From a virus (taxonomy: Duplodnaviria; Caudoviricetes), in IMG/VR virus record IMGVR_UViG_3300022181_000006, positions 1 to 36,465 of that record: 36,465 nt of DNA, one strand, 5' to 3'. The notes under the pieces were generated by a model. The model ran no database searches. It was not told the DNA's origin and was given only the letters and a program-made list of their open reading frames with translations. Shown here in pieces: positions 7,958 through 17,054 of the stretch; within the stretch, counting starts at the first letter, position 1, and the number at the start of each line of letters is the position of its first letter. Both the position numbers and the translations under genes were made by a program.

Positions 7958-10200
7958 AATCCGACCTCACATATTCAGCCAAGGACCTTGCGGGGATACT
8001 CAGTATTACCGACAGGGCCGTTCAGAAGCGCGCCGAAAAGGAGAAGTGGTCCTTCGACCAGGTCGACAACCCCAGAGGCGGCGGGCGGCGCAAGTTGTAC
8101 CGGCTGTCCTCGATGCCGAAGGCAATCAGGGATTCGGTCGCGGAATACCAACTGAGGAATGCCCTGGAGAGGAAAGCCCAGGCTTCGCCCGATCCTCTCG
8201 CCCTGGTGCCGGTAAACGGCCGCGCCGTACACGCCAACGCCAACGGTACCGTGAGTTCGCTCCCGGCATCGGCCCCCATCATCCCCGACAAAGCCCGGGA
8301 AATCGGCCTCGCCAAATACCGCCTGGTGCGGGAATGGCGCGAGGTCGTCTCCCAGCAGCCCTGGAGCAAGCGGGGGGCCGCAACCGAAGCGTTTCTACTC
8401 GCTTACGGCTCCGGCCGGCTGCTCCCGGACGTCTACAGGAAAATCGGCGAGATATCCGACAAGACCCTCTACCGTCTGGACAAGCAACTCAGGGATTGCG
8501 GGGATGACTATTACGCAATCTCCGACGGCCGCGGCGGCTGGCGACGGCACGGCACGAACAAATGGCGGCCACGCACCATCAGCCGGGAAGCCCAGGAGGA
8601 GTTCCTGCGGTGCTATCTGCGGCCGGAGCGGCCCAGCGTCACCCTCTCCATGCACGCCGCCAGGATGATCCTCGCGAACCAGGGCGTCGCCGAGGAAAGC
8701 TCCGATGCGACTTGGAGACGGTGGCTCAAAGACTTCGAAAAACACCATCAACACGTCCTGGTGCTCGCGCGCGAAGGCGAAAAAGCCTACCGCGACAAGA
8801 TCGGGACGTACATCACCAGAGACGACAGCCTGCTTGAGGTCGGCCAGGTCCTGGTCGCCGACGGGCACGATCTCAATTTCAACATTTTGCACCCCCAGAC
8901 CGGCAAGCCGGTCCGCATGAAGTTGATCCTGTTCTTCGATTGGGCGAGTCGCATGCCTGTCGGCTGGCAGATCATGCCGACCGAAAACTCAATCGCCATC
9001 CAGGCGGCCCTCCGCAATGCCATTCTCACGCTGGGAAAAATCCCCCAGTGCGTTTATCTCGACAACGGCAAAGCCTTCAAATCCCGCGTGTTCACGGAGA
9101 CGAATCCGGATCTTCGCGATTTGGCCGGTCTATACGCCCGCCTCGGGATCGCCACGGCCTTCGCAATGCCCTACAACGCCCGCGCCAAGGTGATCGAGCG
9201 CTATTTCCTGACGCTGACCGCACAGTTCGAGCGGCTCATGCCGACCTACTGCGGATCGAGCATCGCCGACAAACCCGCCTGGATGGCCCGCAACGAAAAG
9301 ATGCACCGGGCCTGGCACATGGCACGAACCCAGGGCTGGGTGCCGAACGTCCGGGAAGCCGCGCACATGTTGTCGCTTTTCTTCCAGTGGTACGGGAACC
9401 AGCCGCACGAAGGGCTCAACGGCCGAAAGCCGCTCGAAGTCCTTGACGCCGGCCGCGGCCCCGGCGTCGATCCGCACGATCTGAACGCGCAATTCTTATG
9501 GTTGAAGAAAGTCAGGCCAAGCCGATGCCGGATCACCCTGTACACCGTCGAATACGAATCCGACTGCCTGCACGGGCTCTCGGGAGACGTGATCGTAAGA
9601 TACGACACATCGGATTTGAGCGTCGTCCACTGCTACACCACCGACGGCGCCTACCTCGGAGACGCTCGCCCCGTGCAGGCGCTCCACCCCCTGGCAAGGC
9701 TCTTCGGCGACCAAGTAGGGGTCGACCAGGTGAAATCGGAGCTGGAACGCCAGCGCCGCCTTGCCAGGCAGACCAGGCAGAACCTGCTCCAGCTCGGGGC
9801 CTCCACGGCGGACGTCGACGGGTTGAAATCGCTCCCCTGGAACCGGAAAGCGGCGGTGCTCCCCGGCGGCAAGGGCGATGCGCTTCCAGGCGTGGCCGAC
9901 GACAAGGCGGAAGCGGAAGAGCGCACGCGCCTGGAACTGGTCTACCGCCGCGACGTGGAAAACGCCCCGGTCGAGCCGCAGAAACCGAAGCTCGAACGCC
10001 CGGAGCACTTCCGATCCGAAGCGGCCCGCTACGACTGGTGCTTTCGCGCAAAACACCAGCACGGCGAGGAGCTCTCCGGCGAGGACGCCGCCTTCATGAC
10101 CTACTTCGAGGCGACCGGCGAATATCGCGAGAACTACCGGCAGCGCTACTCGGATCTCGCGGAGCTCTACGCGCTGCACGGCGAATCCGCGAAGAACTGA
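7954..10200 (+). CDS. MuA-like DDE transposase
   Basis: N-terminal Mu DNA-binding HTH (YSAKDLAG...RAVQKRAEKEKW); VADGH / YLDNGKAF / KVIERYF DDE triad; Mu C-terminal domain VIVRYDTSDLS. Confidence 0.95.
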   Translation: MKSDLTYSAKDLAGILSITDRAVQKRAEKEKWSFDQVDNPRGGGRRKLYRLSSMPKAIRDSVAEYQLRNALERKAQASPDPLALVPVNGRAVHANANGTVSSLPASAPIIPDKAREIGLAKYRLVREWREVVSQQPWSKRGAATEAFLLAYGSGRLLPDVYRKIGEISDKTLYRLDKQLRDCGDDYYAISDGRGGWRRHGTNKWRPRTISREAQEEFLRCYLRPERPSVTLSMHAARMILANQGVAEESSDATWRRWLKDFEKHHQHVLVLAREGEKAYRDKIGTYITRDDSLLEVGQVLVADGHDLNFNILHPQTGKPVRMKLILFFDWASRMPVGWQIMPTENSIAIQAALRNAILTLGKIPQCVYLDNGKAFKSRVFTETNPDLRDLAGLYARLGIATAFAMPYNARAKVIERYFLTLTAQFERLMPTYCGSSIADKPAWMARNEKMHRAWHMARTQGWVPNVREAAHMLSLFFQWYGNQPHEGLNGRKPLEVLDAGRGPGVDPHDLNAQFLWLKKVRPSRCRITLYTVEYESDCLHGLSGDVIVRYDTSDLSVVHCYTTDGAYLGDARPVQALHPLARLFGDQVGVDQVKSELERQRRLARQTRQNLLQLGASTADVDGLKSLPWNRKAAVLPGGKGDALPGVADDKAEAEERTRLELVYRRDVENAPVEPQKPKLERPEHFRSEAARYDWCFRAKHQHGEELSGEDAAFMTYFEATGEYRENYRQRYSDLAELYALHGESAKN

Positions 10201-10229
10201 TTGGGGCAACCGCACAAAGGAGATCGAAT

Positions 10230-10970
10230 TTGAAAAACGTATTTCTGGAAACAGCGAATGTCGTGGCCTTCCGGGAGGCGATGAATCTCCTTGAGGACAC
10301 CGAGCTCGGGCAGCCCGGCCTGGGCGTCGTCTGGGGCCGGGCCGGCCGGGGGAAAACCGTGTGCGCCCGCGAATATGCCGTGCGCACCGGGGCCGTGTAT
10401 CTCCGGGCGCTCGAAGACGAAACCCCGCGGGCGATGCTCTCTCGGCTCTGTTTCGAGCTGAACGGCTCCGACCCGCACACCACGGAGCGGTGCAAGCGGA
10501 TCGCCGTCGAGGTCCTTGAGAAACGACCTCGGTCGATTCTCGTGGACGAAGCGGACCGCATGCGCGTTGGGCTCATCGAGCACTTCCGGGACATCCACGA
10601 CCTCACGGGGGTTCCCATCGTGTTCATCGGCGAGGAGCACCTTCACCCGGCGCTGAACTCCCGCCGGCGCATCTGGTCGCGCGTCACCCAGACCGTCGAA
10701 TTCCATCCGATCAGCGCCGAGGACATCATGCTGTTCGGGCTTCGCGCGGCCGATCTGCGCATCGAGCCCCAGGCGGCGCAGCGCATCGGCGCGCGAGCCG
10801 GGGGCGATTTCCGCCTGGTGTGGAGCGACGTGCGCGAGCTGGAGCAGATGGCCAGGGCGAACGCGACCCAGAACGTGGACGCCAGGATGGTCGGGGCTTT
10901 GTCGGCAAAGAAGCCCGGTCCCGGACTTTTCAAAGGGCAAAACGGAGGCGGCCATGTCGAAGCCCGCTAA
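10230..10970 (+). CDS. MuB-like AAA+ transposition ATPase
   Basis: TTG start after aaggag; Walker A GRAGRGKT, Walker B ILVDEAD; directly after MuA. Confidence 0.9.
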   Translation: MKNVFLETANVVAFREAMNLLEDTELGQPGLGVVWGRAGRGKTVCAREYAVRTGAVYLRALEDETPRAMLSRLCFELNGSDPHTTERCKRIAVEVLEKRPRSILVDEADRMRVGLIEHFRDIHDLTGVPIVFIGEEHLHPALNSRRRIWSRVTQTVEFHPISAEDIMLFGLRAADLRIEPQAAQRIGARAGGDFRLVWSDVRELEQMARANATQNVDARMVGALSAKKPGPGLFKGQNGGGHVEAR

Positions 10971-11559
10971 CCGCACGGAACTGGTGCGCCAGTACGCGGC
11001 GGCCAACACGTTCGTCAGGCCCAAGGATGTGGCGTCCACCCTGGGCATGACCATCGATCAGGCATGTGCCGCCATAGGGACCCTGCAGGCGCAAGGCCGG
11101 CTGAAACGAAAAAGCTACGGGCTCTACGAGTGGTTCCCCGAGCGCAACACGGGGCGCGAGGCGCCCATCGAGGACCGGTTGTGGCGGGCCATGCGGATCA
11201 ACCCGGTCTGGTCCTGCGCGGACATCGCCGTCCAGGCCGGCACGACGGTGAGCTACGTCTACAAGCGGCTGCGCGATTACCGGGCCGAGGGATACGTCAA
11301 GCCGAGCGGGCAGAAGGTCGTGCCCTGCGGCAGGGTCAAGCTCTGGAGGCTCTCGGACAAGGGCCGCAAGCTGTTGGATCGTCCCAGGGTCGAGGAATTC
11401 CACCCCGATCCGCTCGTGGCCGCCGCGGCGGGCCTCAACAAGCTGATCTGCACCGGCCGGGCGCGGCGGTTTCAAGACGCAAGAGAGGCGGCGCTCGGGC
11501 TGTGCGGGGAAATCCTTTGCGCCCTCAACGATCTCGACCGGAGCCCGGTGGAACCATGA
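10954..11559 (+). CDS. tandem winged-helix DNA-binding protein
   Basis: two wHTH-like segments (RPKDVASTLG..., SCADIAVQAG...); ggagg RBS. Confidence 0.65.
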   Translation: MSKPANRTELVRQYAAANTFVRPKDVASTLGMTIDQACAAIGTLQAQGRLKRKSYGLYEWFPERNTGREAPIEDRLWRAMRINPVWSCADIAVQAGTTVSYVYKRLRDYRAEGYVKPSGQKVVPCGRVKLWRLSDKGRKLLDRPRVEEFHPDPLVAAAAGLNKLICTGRARRFQDAREAALGLCGEILCALNDLDRSPVEP

Positions 11560-11822
11560 AGCCTATTACGCGCCGTAACACACAATTTTCGGCATCCGAC
11601 TTTCGCGAGCTCGAACGGCGCCTCGGCGGCCCGGTCGCCGCCGCCCGGTGCGCGGGCGTCAGCTATCCCACCTGGTACCGGAGGCGCGAGGGCAAATTGA
11701 AAATGACCCCCGAGGCGATCCGCCTGATGGAATTGCTGCTCCGGACCACCAGGATGCCGTTTGAGGGCCTCTGTCCGGACACGAAGGGGACCGCCGATTG
11801 CACTGAAAATGAGAAAATCTGA
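11556..11822 (+). CDS. small Cro-like HTH protein
   Basis: ATGA overlap; GGPVAAARCAGVSYPTWYRR HTH. Confidence 0.6.
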   Translation: MKPITRRNTQFSASDFRELERRLGGPVAAARCAGVSYPTWYRRREGKLKMTPEAIRLMELLLRTTRMPFEGLCPDTKGTADCTENEKI

Positions 11823-11834
11823 GGAGGGGCAACC

Positions 11835-12068
11835 ATGAGCATACGCGCGTTTCCGCAAGACCTGGTCGTCTTGACCGACGAGCGCCTGAACTATCTTGCC
11901 GACCGGTACCAAGCCCTCTATATCGGGGCGCTCCTGGGGCTGACGTTCGAGCAATACCTCGCACGCCCGGATCTCTACGACACGATCGCCGAAGCCCTGG
12001 GTGCGGGGTACGGCATTCGGATCGACGAGCGCGACGGCACGGCCGTGCTGAACGTGATCGCGATTTGA
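11835..12068 (+). CDS. hypothetical protein
   Basis: gaggagg RBS; 77 aa. Confidence 0.7.
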   Translation: MSIRAFPQDLVVLTDERLNYLADRYQALYIGALLGLTFEQYLARPDLYDTIAEALGAGYGIRIDERDGTAVLNVIAI

Positions 12069-12359
12069 AGGGGGAGCCACATGAGAATGCAATTGCGGCA
12101 CGACCACGCGGGCGGTTCCGGTCCGGTGACCCGGCTCTCGCAGCATTTCATCGAACGCTGGAAGGCTCGGGTCGGGGCGGCTCCCACCGTTGAAGGCGTA
12201 AACCGGATCATTTCGGGGTCCCTCAAGATCCGGCACCAGAAACGGCTCTGGGAAACCATGCATTGCGGGGGCATCCGGCCGTTCGTACAGCTCGCGGAAT
12301 ACTGGAACCATCGGATCGGGATAATCCTCAAAATCGACGAACGCGACGGCACGGCCGTG
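12021..12359 (+). repeat. 27-bp direct repeat pair (12021-12047, 12333-12359)
   Basis: atcgacga(g/a)cgcgacggcacggccgtg, 26/27 identical; both encode IDERDGTAV. Confidence 0.9.
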
Positions 12360-12383
12360 ACCGTGATCGCACCGCTGGAATAG
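12081..12383 (+). CDS. hypothetical protein
   Basis: ggggag RBS; RLSQHFIERWKARV N-terminal motif. Confidence 0.7.
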   Translation: MRMQLRHDHAGGSGPVTRLSQHFIERWKARVGAAPTVEGVNRIISGSLKIRHQKRLWETMHCGGIRPFVQLAEYWNHRIGIILKIDERDGTAVTVIAPLE

Positions 12384-12395
12384 GAGGAAAATCGA

Positions 12396-12590
12396 ATGGG
12401 CGAGAAGGGCAGCGTGGACTACAGAACCTGCCGGGTTTGCGGGCAGATCCGTTTTGGCGCCGGGCCTTGCCGGACCTGCAATACCGGCGATCCGGACGGC
12501 TACCGGAAATACGTTGAGGAACTGGTCGAGGCGCAAAATCAGGCCTACTGGGCGCGGGGGGAAAAGAATGAAGGGCGGAGCGGCAAATAG
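12396..12590 (+). CDS. small zinc-ribbon protein
   Basis: ggagg RBS; CRVC...CRTC. Confidence 0.6.
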   Translation: MGEKGSVDYRTCRVCGQIRFGAGPCRTCNTGDPDGYRKYVEELVEAQNQAYWARGEKNEGRSGK

Positions 12591-13050
12591 GTCGACCGTG
12601 ATCACGGCGAAGCAGGTCCGGTACCTGCAGACGATGCGCCGGCAGATGGGAATCGACGACGAGCTCTACGAGGAGATGAAGGCCGCGATCGGCGCAAAGT
12701 CGACGCGGGAACTCACGAACGCGCAGTTCGACCAGCTTCTCGCGCGGCTCCGGGGCCGCAAGGGCAAGAGCCCCGGCAAGGAGCGACCGGCCGCCTACAA
12801 GCCGGTCCATCCGTCTGCTTACGCTTCCGGAATGCACCTCCGGCCGCCCGAGGACGTGGCCGGGATGATATCGAAAATCGAAGCGATCCTCACCGAGTTG
12901 AAACTTCCCTGGTCGTACGTGGACGGCATGGCACGGAAAATGTGCGGCGTCGACAAGCTCAGGTGGTGCGACGCCGCCCAGATCTACACCATTTTGCAGG
13001 CGCTCTGCGTGTACCAACGGCGCAGGCGCGCGCGGGAGTCGGGCGAATGA
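12568..13050 (+). CDS. gemA: Mu gp16/GemA (DUF1018) family protein
   Basis: RRQMGIDDELY...STRELTNAQFDQLLARL and ISKIEAILTELKLPWSYVDGMARKMCGVDKLRW. Confidence 0.85.
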   Translation: MKGGAANRSTVITAKQVRYLQTMRRQMGIDDELYEEMKAAIGAKSTRELTNAQFDQLLARLRGRKGKSPGKERPAAYKPVHPSAYASGMHLRPPEDVAGMISKIEAILTELKLPWSYVDGMARKMCGVDKLRWCDAAQIYTILQALCVYQRRRRARESGE

Positions 13051-13061
13051 GGGAGGAAACG

Positions 13062-13307
13062 ATGGCACTGAAGGGCGTTGTACAGGCGCGGAAGCCCGCC
13101 GGAGGCAAGTTCCCGGTGGTGAAAATCAGGAAAGTCGAATTCGAGGGGCTCAAGAACGCGTCGGGGAGCTTCAACGAAGCTATAGCCTGGGTGCGCCGGA
13201 AAATGGCCGAGCGGGGTCTCGATTATGGTTTGCCCTTTGCGAGTTGGCGCGACCGGCGCGGGAACCTCTGCCACCAGAATTTTCTGTCGGCGCGACACTC
13301 CCAGTGA
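13062..13307 (+). CDS. hypothetical protein
   Basis: gggagg RBS before ATG 13062. Confidence 0.6.
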   Translation: MALKGVVQARKPAGGKFPVVKIRKVEFEGLKNASGSFNEAIAWVRRKMAERGLDYGLPFASWRDRRGNLCHQNFLSARHSQ

Positions 13308-13333
13308 CCGCGCCGGAGCGACGGAGGCCGGAA

Positions 13334-13720
13334 ATGAAACGTGAGCTCACCAGGGTGCAGAAACGCTGCCTTGCCGTCATCCAGCGCCATCGCGGACGGG
13401 AGAATCCGATTTCCTACCAGGACCTGGCGGTGATCGTCGGGGAGCATCCGAGACGCGTGCGCGCGGCGGTGCAGAAGCTGATCCGGCGCCATCGCCAACC
13501 CATCTGCAGCTCTTACGATCCCAGGAGCCCGGGCTACTACTGGCCGCAGACCCGCGAGGAAATCGAGGACACCTGCACGCGGCTGATCCGGCATGGAGTC
13601 AGGATCCTGCAGCGGGCGCGCTCGATCAGCGACGCGTCGGCCGAGGAAGTGCTGGGACAGGTCCGGATGGCGTTGAGCAGGGCAGACGAAGGCAAGCGAG
13701 GCGAAGCAAAGACGACATAG
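13334..13720 (+). CDS. winged-helix protein
   Basis: ggagg RBS; HRGRENPISYQDLA...RRVRAAVQKL...PICS...GYYW pattern. Confidence 0.7.
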   Translation: MKRELTRVQKRCLAVIQRHRGRENPISYQDLAVIVGEHPRRVRAAVQKLIRRHRQPICSSYDPRSPGYYWPQTREEIEDTCTRLIRHGVRILQRARSISDASAEEVLGQVRMALSRADEGKRGEAKTT

Positions 13721-13731
13721 AAAGGAAGTCC

Positions 13732-14268
13732 ATGAAGAAAGTCGCGAACAAGCGAATCAAGCAGGAAGCGGCAAAATACCCCGTGCCGCAGAGTCGCGAG
13801 GAAACCGTCGAGGCCATTGCTGAAATCGGCCGCAGGCAACGCGAGCGGGAACGGCTCCAGGCGGACATGAACGACGAGATAGCCGAAATCAAACGCCGGT
13901 TCGAGGAGCAGGCGACTCCTCACAACGACGCCATCGCGGCGCTCACCCGGGGCGTGCATGTCTGGTGCGAGGCACACCGGGACGAGCTGACCCAGGGCGG
14001 GAAGGTCAAGAGCGCCCACCTCGCGAGCGGTGAGGTGCGCTGGCGCATGCGGCCGCCGAAGGTCGTCCTCCGGGCCGTCGAATCGGTGCTGGAATCGTTC
14101 AAGGCCCTCGGCTTGACCCGCTTCATCCGCACCAAGGAAGAAGTGAACAAGGAAGCGGTCCTGGCCGAAATCGAGGCCGTGCAGCACATCAAGGGAATCA
14201 GCGTCACCCAGGGCGAGGATTTCGTGATCATCCCGTTCGAGACTGAGCTCGAAGAGATCGCGGTCTAA
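13732..14268 (+). CDS. gam: Mu Gam host-nuclease inhibitor
   Basis: VPQSREE...IAEIG...MNDEIAEIK...GEVRWRMRPPKV...FIRTKEEVNKEAVL...EDFVIIPFE. Confidence 0.95.
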   Translation: MKKVANKRIKQEAAKYPVPQSREETVEAIAEIGRRQRERERLQADMNDEIAEIKRRFEEQATPHNDAIAALTRGVHVWCEAHRDELTQGGKVKSAHLASGEVRWRMRPPKVVLRAVESVLESFKALGLTRFIRTKEEVNKEAVLAEIEAVQHIKGISVTQGEDFVIIPFETELEEIAV

Positions 14269-14297
14269 CAACTGCAACATGAAAGCGAGGGGGCGAT

Positions 14298-15089
14298 ATG
14301 AAGGGAGCCGGGCACAGGGGCAGAATGCGCGATCACGCCGTGCAGCTCTATGCGATGCTGCTGAAACGAAAAACCGTGGCGATCGCGGAAATCATGGAGG
14401 AATTGGGCATAAGCGAGGACACCGTCAGGCGGTGGATCGATTCATTCAGTTTTATCATGCAGATCCGTGTGGAAAACGGCATCGTCCGTGTCGACAGGGG
14501 ACGGTTTGAAATGCACTTGGAGCGAGAAGAACGGGGAGAGTGGATGGAACCCTGGATCCTGACATATTCGGGCAAGCAGTTCTGGCCGTTGGATCCCAGA
14601 CGGGATGACGTAGACATCATCGACATAGCTCATTCATTGAGCAATGCATGCCGGTTTGGAGGGCACTCGCGGCAATTCTACAGCGTCGCGGAACATAGTG
14701 TCCTGGTCGTGAAGGCGATCAACAATGATGGGGGACCCGCCCCGCTCACCATGCAATTGACGGCACTGCTGCACGATGCGGCGGAAGCCTATTTGGCCGA
14801 CATCCCGTCCCCAATTAAACCACATCTCAGGGGATTCCGAGAGATGGAGCACAGAATTCTTCGCGTGATTCTGGAGCACTTCGGGGGCTATTTCCCCTTG
14901 CCGTCCGAAATCAAGGAGGCGGATCTGGCGGTGCTTCATGCCGAGAGACACCAGATTATGAACGGCGGACCGCCTTGGTCGACGGAAAACTTGCCGTTTC
15001 CGGCTGCGGCCATTCAAATTGAATGCTGGGATCCCCAAACAGCCGAAAGACAATTCTTGGATCGTTTCGCCATGTTGGCGATTAGATAG
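14298..15089 (+). CDS. DeoR-like HTH fused to YfbR/YfdR-like HD 5'-deoxynucleotidase
   Basis: IAEIMEELGISEDTVRRWI HTH; DIAHSLSNACRFGGH...YSVAEHS...LLHDAAEAYLADIPSPIK HD motifs; possible internal start at 14544. Confidence 0.8.
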   Translation: MKGAGHRGRMRDHAVQLYAMLLKRKTVAIAEIMEELGISEDTVRRWIDSFSFIMQIRVENGIVRVDRGRFEMHLEREERGEWMEPWILTYSGKQFWPLDPRRDDVDIIDIAHSLSNACRFGGHSRQFYSVAEHSVLVVKAINNDGGPAPLTMQLTALLHDAAEAYLADIPSPIKPHLRGFREMEHRILRVILEHFGGYFPLPSEIKEADLAVLHAERHQIMNGGPPWSTENLPFPAAAIQIECWDPQTAERQFLDRFAMLAIR

Positions 15090-15499
15090 GTCAATCGGAG
15101 CGTTCAACGAAAGCCCAAAAAATCTTAAACTTTTTTCTACTGACCCGCACTACCTGCGGCTCACGCATGCTAGCCTTCCCTCCAATCCAGCGTTCGGTTG
15201 CCCCTGAGCGCGCCCGAAGAGCGGCGGCCTGACACGATTCAGGCCGTCGCTGACCTTCCAATGCGTCCGGGCCATCGAGGCAGACCGATGCACCGTTGTC
15301 CGAAAAAAAGTTGAAACGATGAAACCGCGCGATGCGCGTATGGCCCGATAGGCCCATAAGACGAATTGGGTGTGGCGCCCCAAACCCACGCCGGGGATTT
15401 CAACGCGATATTCGCCCATAGGAATTCCACGCTCACCCCGGCGCCACAAGAAGAGGCGCAAGAACCCGTGCCTGGCCGTCTTGGAGAAAGGAGACCAAA
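15090..15499 (+). promoter_or_regulatory. structured intergenic leader of the late (lysis) operon
   Basis: 410 bp without a credible ORF; 13-bp hairpin 15220-15251 plus further stems; sits where Mu-like late promoters lie. Confidence 0.45.
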
Positions 15500-15820
15500 A
15501 TGTTGGTGACGAAACGCATGGCTTTGGAGGCTTTCAAAATCATTCCCTTGTTCGTTCTGATCCTCGTGTGTGCGGCACGTTTCGGTGATGCAAGCCAGCT
15601 CAAGCTCGCCGGATACTACCTCGCGGCGATCGCGCTGAGTGCAACCTTTTGGCACGTCTGCCGCAAATTCCTGTACCCGACTTTCTCCCTCGAAAAGCAT
15701 TGCGACGAGGCCTTGCAGGGCAATGTCGCGGCAGCTTTGGTGGTTTTTGCCTTTCTTGCCTATCAGGTGGCGATGTCCTGGTTGCTGGTGATGTGCCTGG
15801 TGGCGATGGTGGCAAGATGA
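15500..15820 (+). CDS. holin-like membrane protein
   Basis: aaggag RBS; three hydrophobic segments; immediately upstream of endolysin. Confidence 0.65.
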   Translation: MLVTKRMALEAFKIIPLFVLILVCAARFGDASQLKLAGYYLAAIALSATFWHVCRKFLYPTFSLEKHCDEALQGNVAAALVVFAFLAYQVAMSWLLVMCLVAMVAR

Positions 15821-16530
15821 GAAGAATCGCAGTCCTTTTCATCTGCCTGTTGCTGGCGGCACCGGCATCCGCCTCGGACCGGATCTCCCCTCAGGCGCGG
15901 GAGTTGTTGCCCCTTCTGGCTTCGGTCATCAAGACCCAATGGCCGGCATGCCCGCAGCCCTGGGTGATCGCCGGAAAAATCGAACAGGAATCGAATTTCA
16001 AGGTCCGCGCACAGCTCAAAACCTCCCGCGAATATGGCTTCGGTCTTGGTCAGATCACCATCGCCTATAACGCTGATGGAACGGAGAGATTCAACAATTT
16101 CATCGAGGCGCTACGGGTGACCATGATGGGTGACAAGATCACCTGGGCAAAGCGCTTCGATCCGAACTTCCAGTTGACCTACACCGTCCTGTCGGACCGA
16201 TCCAATTTCGCCGCAGTCAGCACATTCTTCGATGACGACGGAAGCAGGATCGCCGGCATGCTCGTCGCTTACAACGCCGGCCTGGGCGGGATAGTGCGGC
16301 GCAAGGCAGCGGCGATCCAGCGCGGCATGACTCCGCCCCGCAAGTGGTTCGGAGGCCTTGAGTCAATCCACGCCCGCTCCGAAGAGCGCCGGCTCTACGG
16401 ACGACCGCTTTATGAACGCATCAACGAGTATCCGGTGCTCATTCTGCGCGTGAGGAGCCCGAAGTACAAGGCGCCAATGCTTGAGTTGCTGCGGGACGCG
16501 CGTCGAACCCGAACCTGCGCGGGAGGATAG
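15817..16530 (+). CDS. lytic transglycosylase (SLT) endolysin with signal peptide
   Basis: MRRIAVLFICLLLAAPASA leader; IEQES catalytic Glu, GLGQIT, AYNAG motifs. Confidence 0.85.
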   Translation: MRRIAVLFICLLLAAPASASDRISPQARELLPLLASVIKTQWPACPQPWVIAGKIEQESNFKVRAQLKTSREYGFGLGQITIAYNADGTERFNNFIEALRVTMMGDKITWAKRFDPNFQLTYTVLSDRSNFAAVSTFFDDDGSRIAGMLVAYNAGLGGIVRRKAAAIQRGMTPPRKWFGGLESIHARSEERRLYGRPLYERINEYPVLILRVRSPKYKAPMLELLRDARRTRTCAGG

Positions 16531-16532
16531 GC

Positions 16533-17045
16533 ATGCCCTGGACGCTTCTATTGAACGGTCGCGTGTTGATGGTACTGGCGATCCTTGCCTCCATTGTCGG
16601 GGCCGGGGTTGGTGGATACGCGCGGGGCCGCTCCGTCGAACGGCAGGCAAACGAGTTCAGGCAGCTCAAGGCCCTGGCTGAAGCGCAGGCAAGGGTCGCC
16701 GAGATCGAACATGCGAAGGCCGCAGAGATACAGGGGATATCCAATGACTACGAAGAAAGGCTTACTGCGCTGTCTAATCGCGCTGCTGCTGCTGAGCACG
16801 ATCTTGGTCGGCTGCGCGTCCGCTCCTGTCGCGACGGTGTGTCCAGAACCGCCTCCGCCGCCGGCGAATCTCATGCACCCCCCGCAAATGGAGCCGTCGG
16901 GTCTGGAGAGGGCTCGATCAATCTTGATCGAGCTGCAACGGAAATTGTCCGACTAGGTCGCGACCTGGACGCAGCCAACCTTCGGATAATCGAGCTCCAG
17001 GCGTTGGTCCGCAGCTATGCGGATCGACCGCAACAGGAGAAGTAG
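16533..17045 (+). CDS. Rz: inner-membrane spanin
   Basis: N-terminal TM, coiled coil, RLRV motif; follows endolysin. Confidence 0.8.
   Translation: MPWTLLLNGRVLMVLAILASIVGAGVGGYARGRSVERQANEFRQLKALAEAQARVAEIEHAKAAEIQGISNDYEERLTALSNRAAAAEHDLGRLRVRSCRDGVSRTASAAGESHAPPANGAVGSGEGSINLDRAATEIVRLGRDLDAANLRIIELQALVRSYADRPQQEK
16744..16956 (+). CDS. Rz1: outer-membrane spanin lipoprotein embedded in Rz (+1 frame)
   Basis: MTTKK, hydrophobic core, LVGC lipobox, CPEPPPPPANLMHPP. Confidence 0.8.
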   Translation: MTTKKGLLRCLIALLLLSTILVGCASAPVATVCPEPPPPPANLMHPPQMEPSGLERARSILIELQRKLSD

Positions 17046-17054
17046 GAACGCCGC

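Noticed and set aside
9498-10229. N-terminal half of the 490-aa ORF as part of MuB
   Set aside because: It overlaps MuA in another frame and is Arg/Pro-rich shadow sequence; the real start is TTG 10230 behind aaggag.
12021-12359. Repeat pair as CRISPR array or DGR template/variable repeat
   Set aside because: Only two copies, both coding, one mismatch; no cas or RT gene in the window.
15090-15499. tRNA or small CDS in the late leader
   Set aside because: No T-loop or D-loop consensus seen; the short ORFs lack an RBS and protein-like composition.
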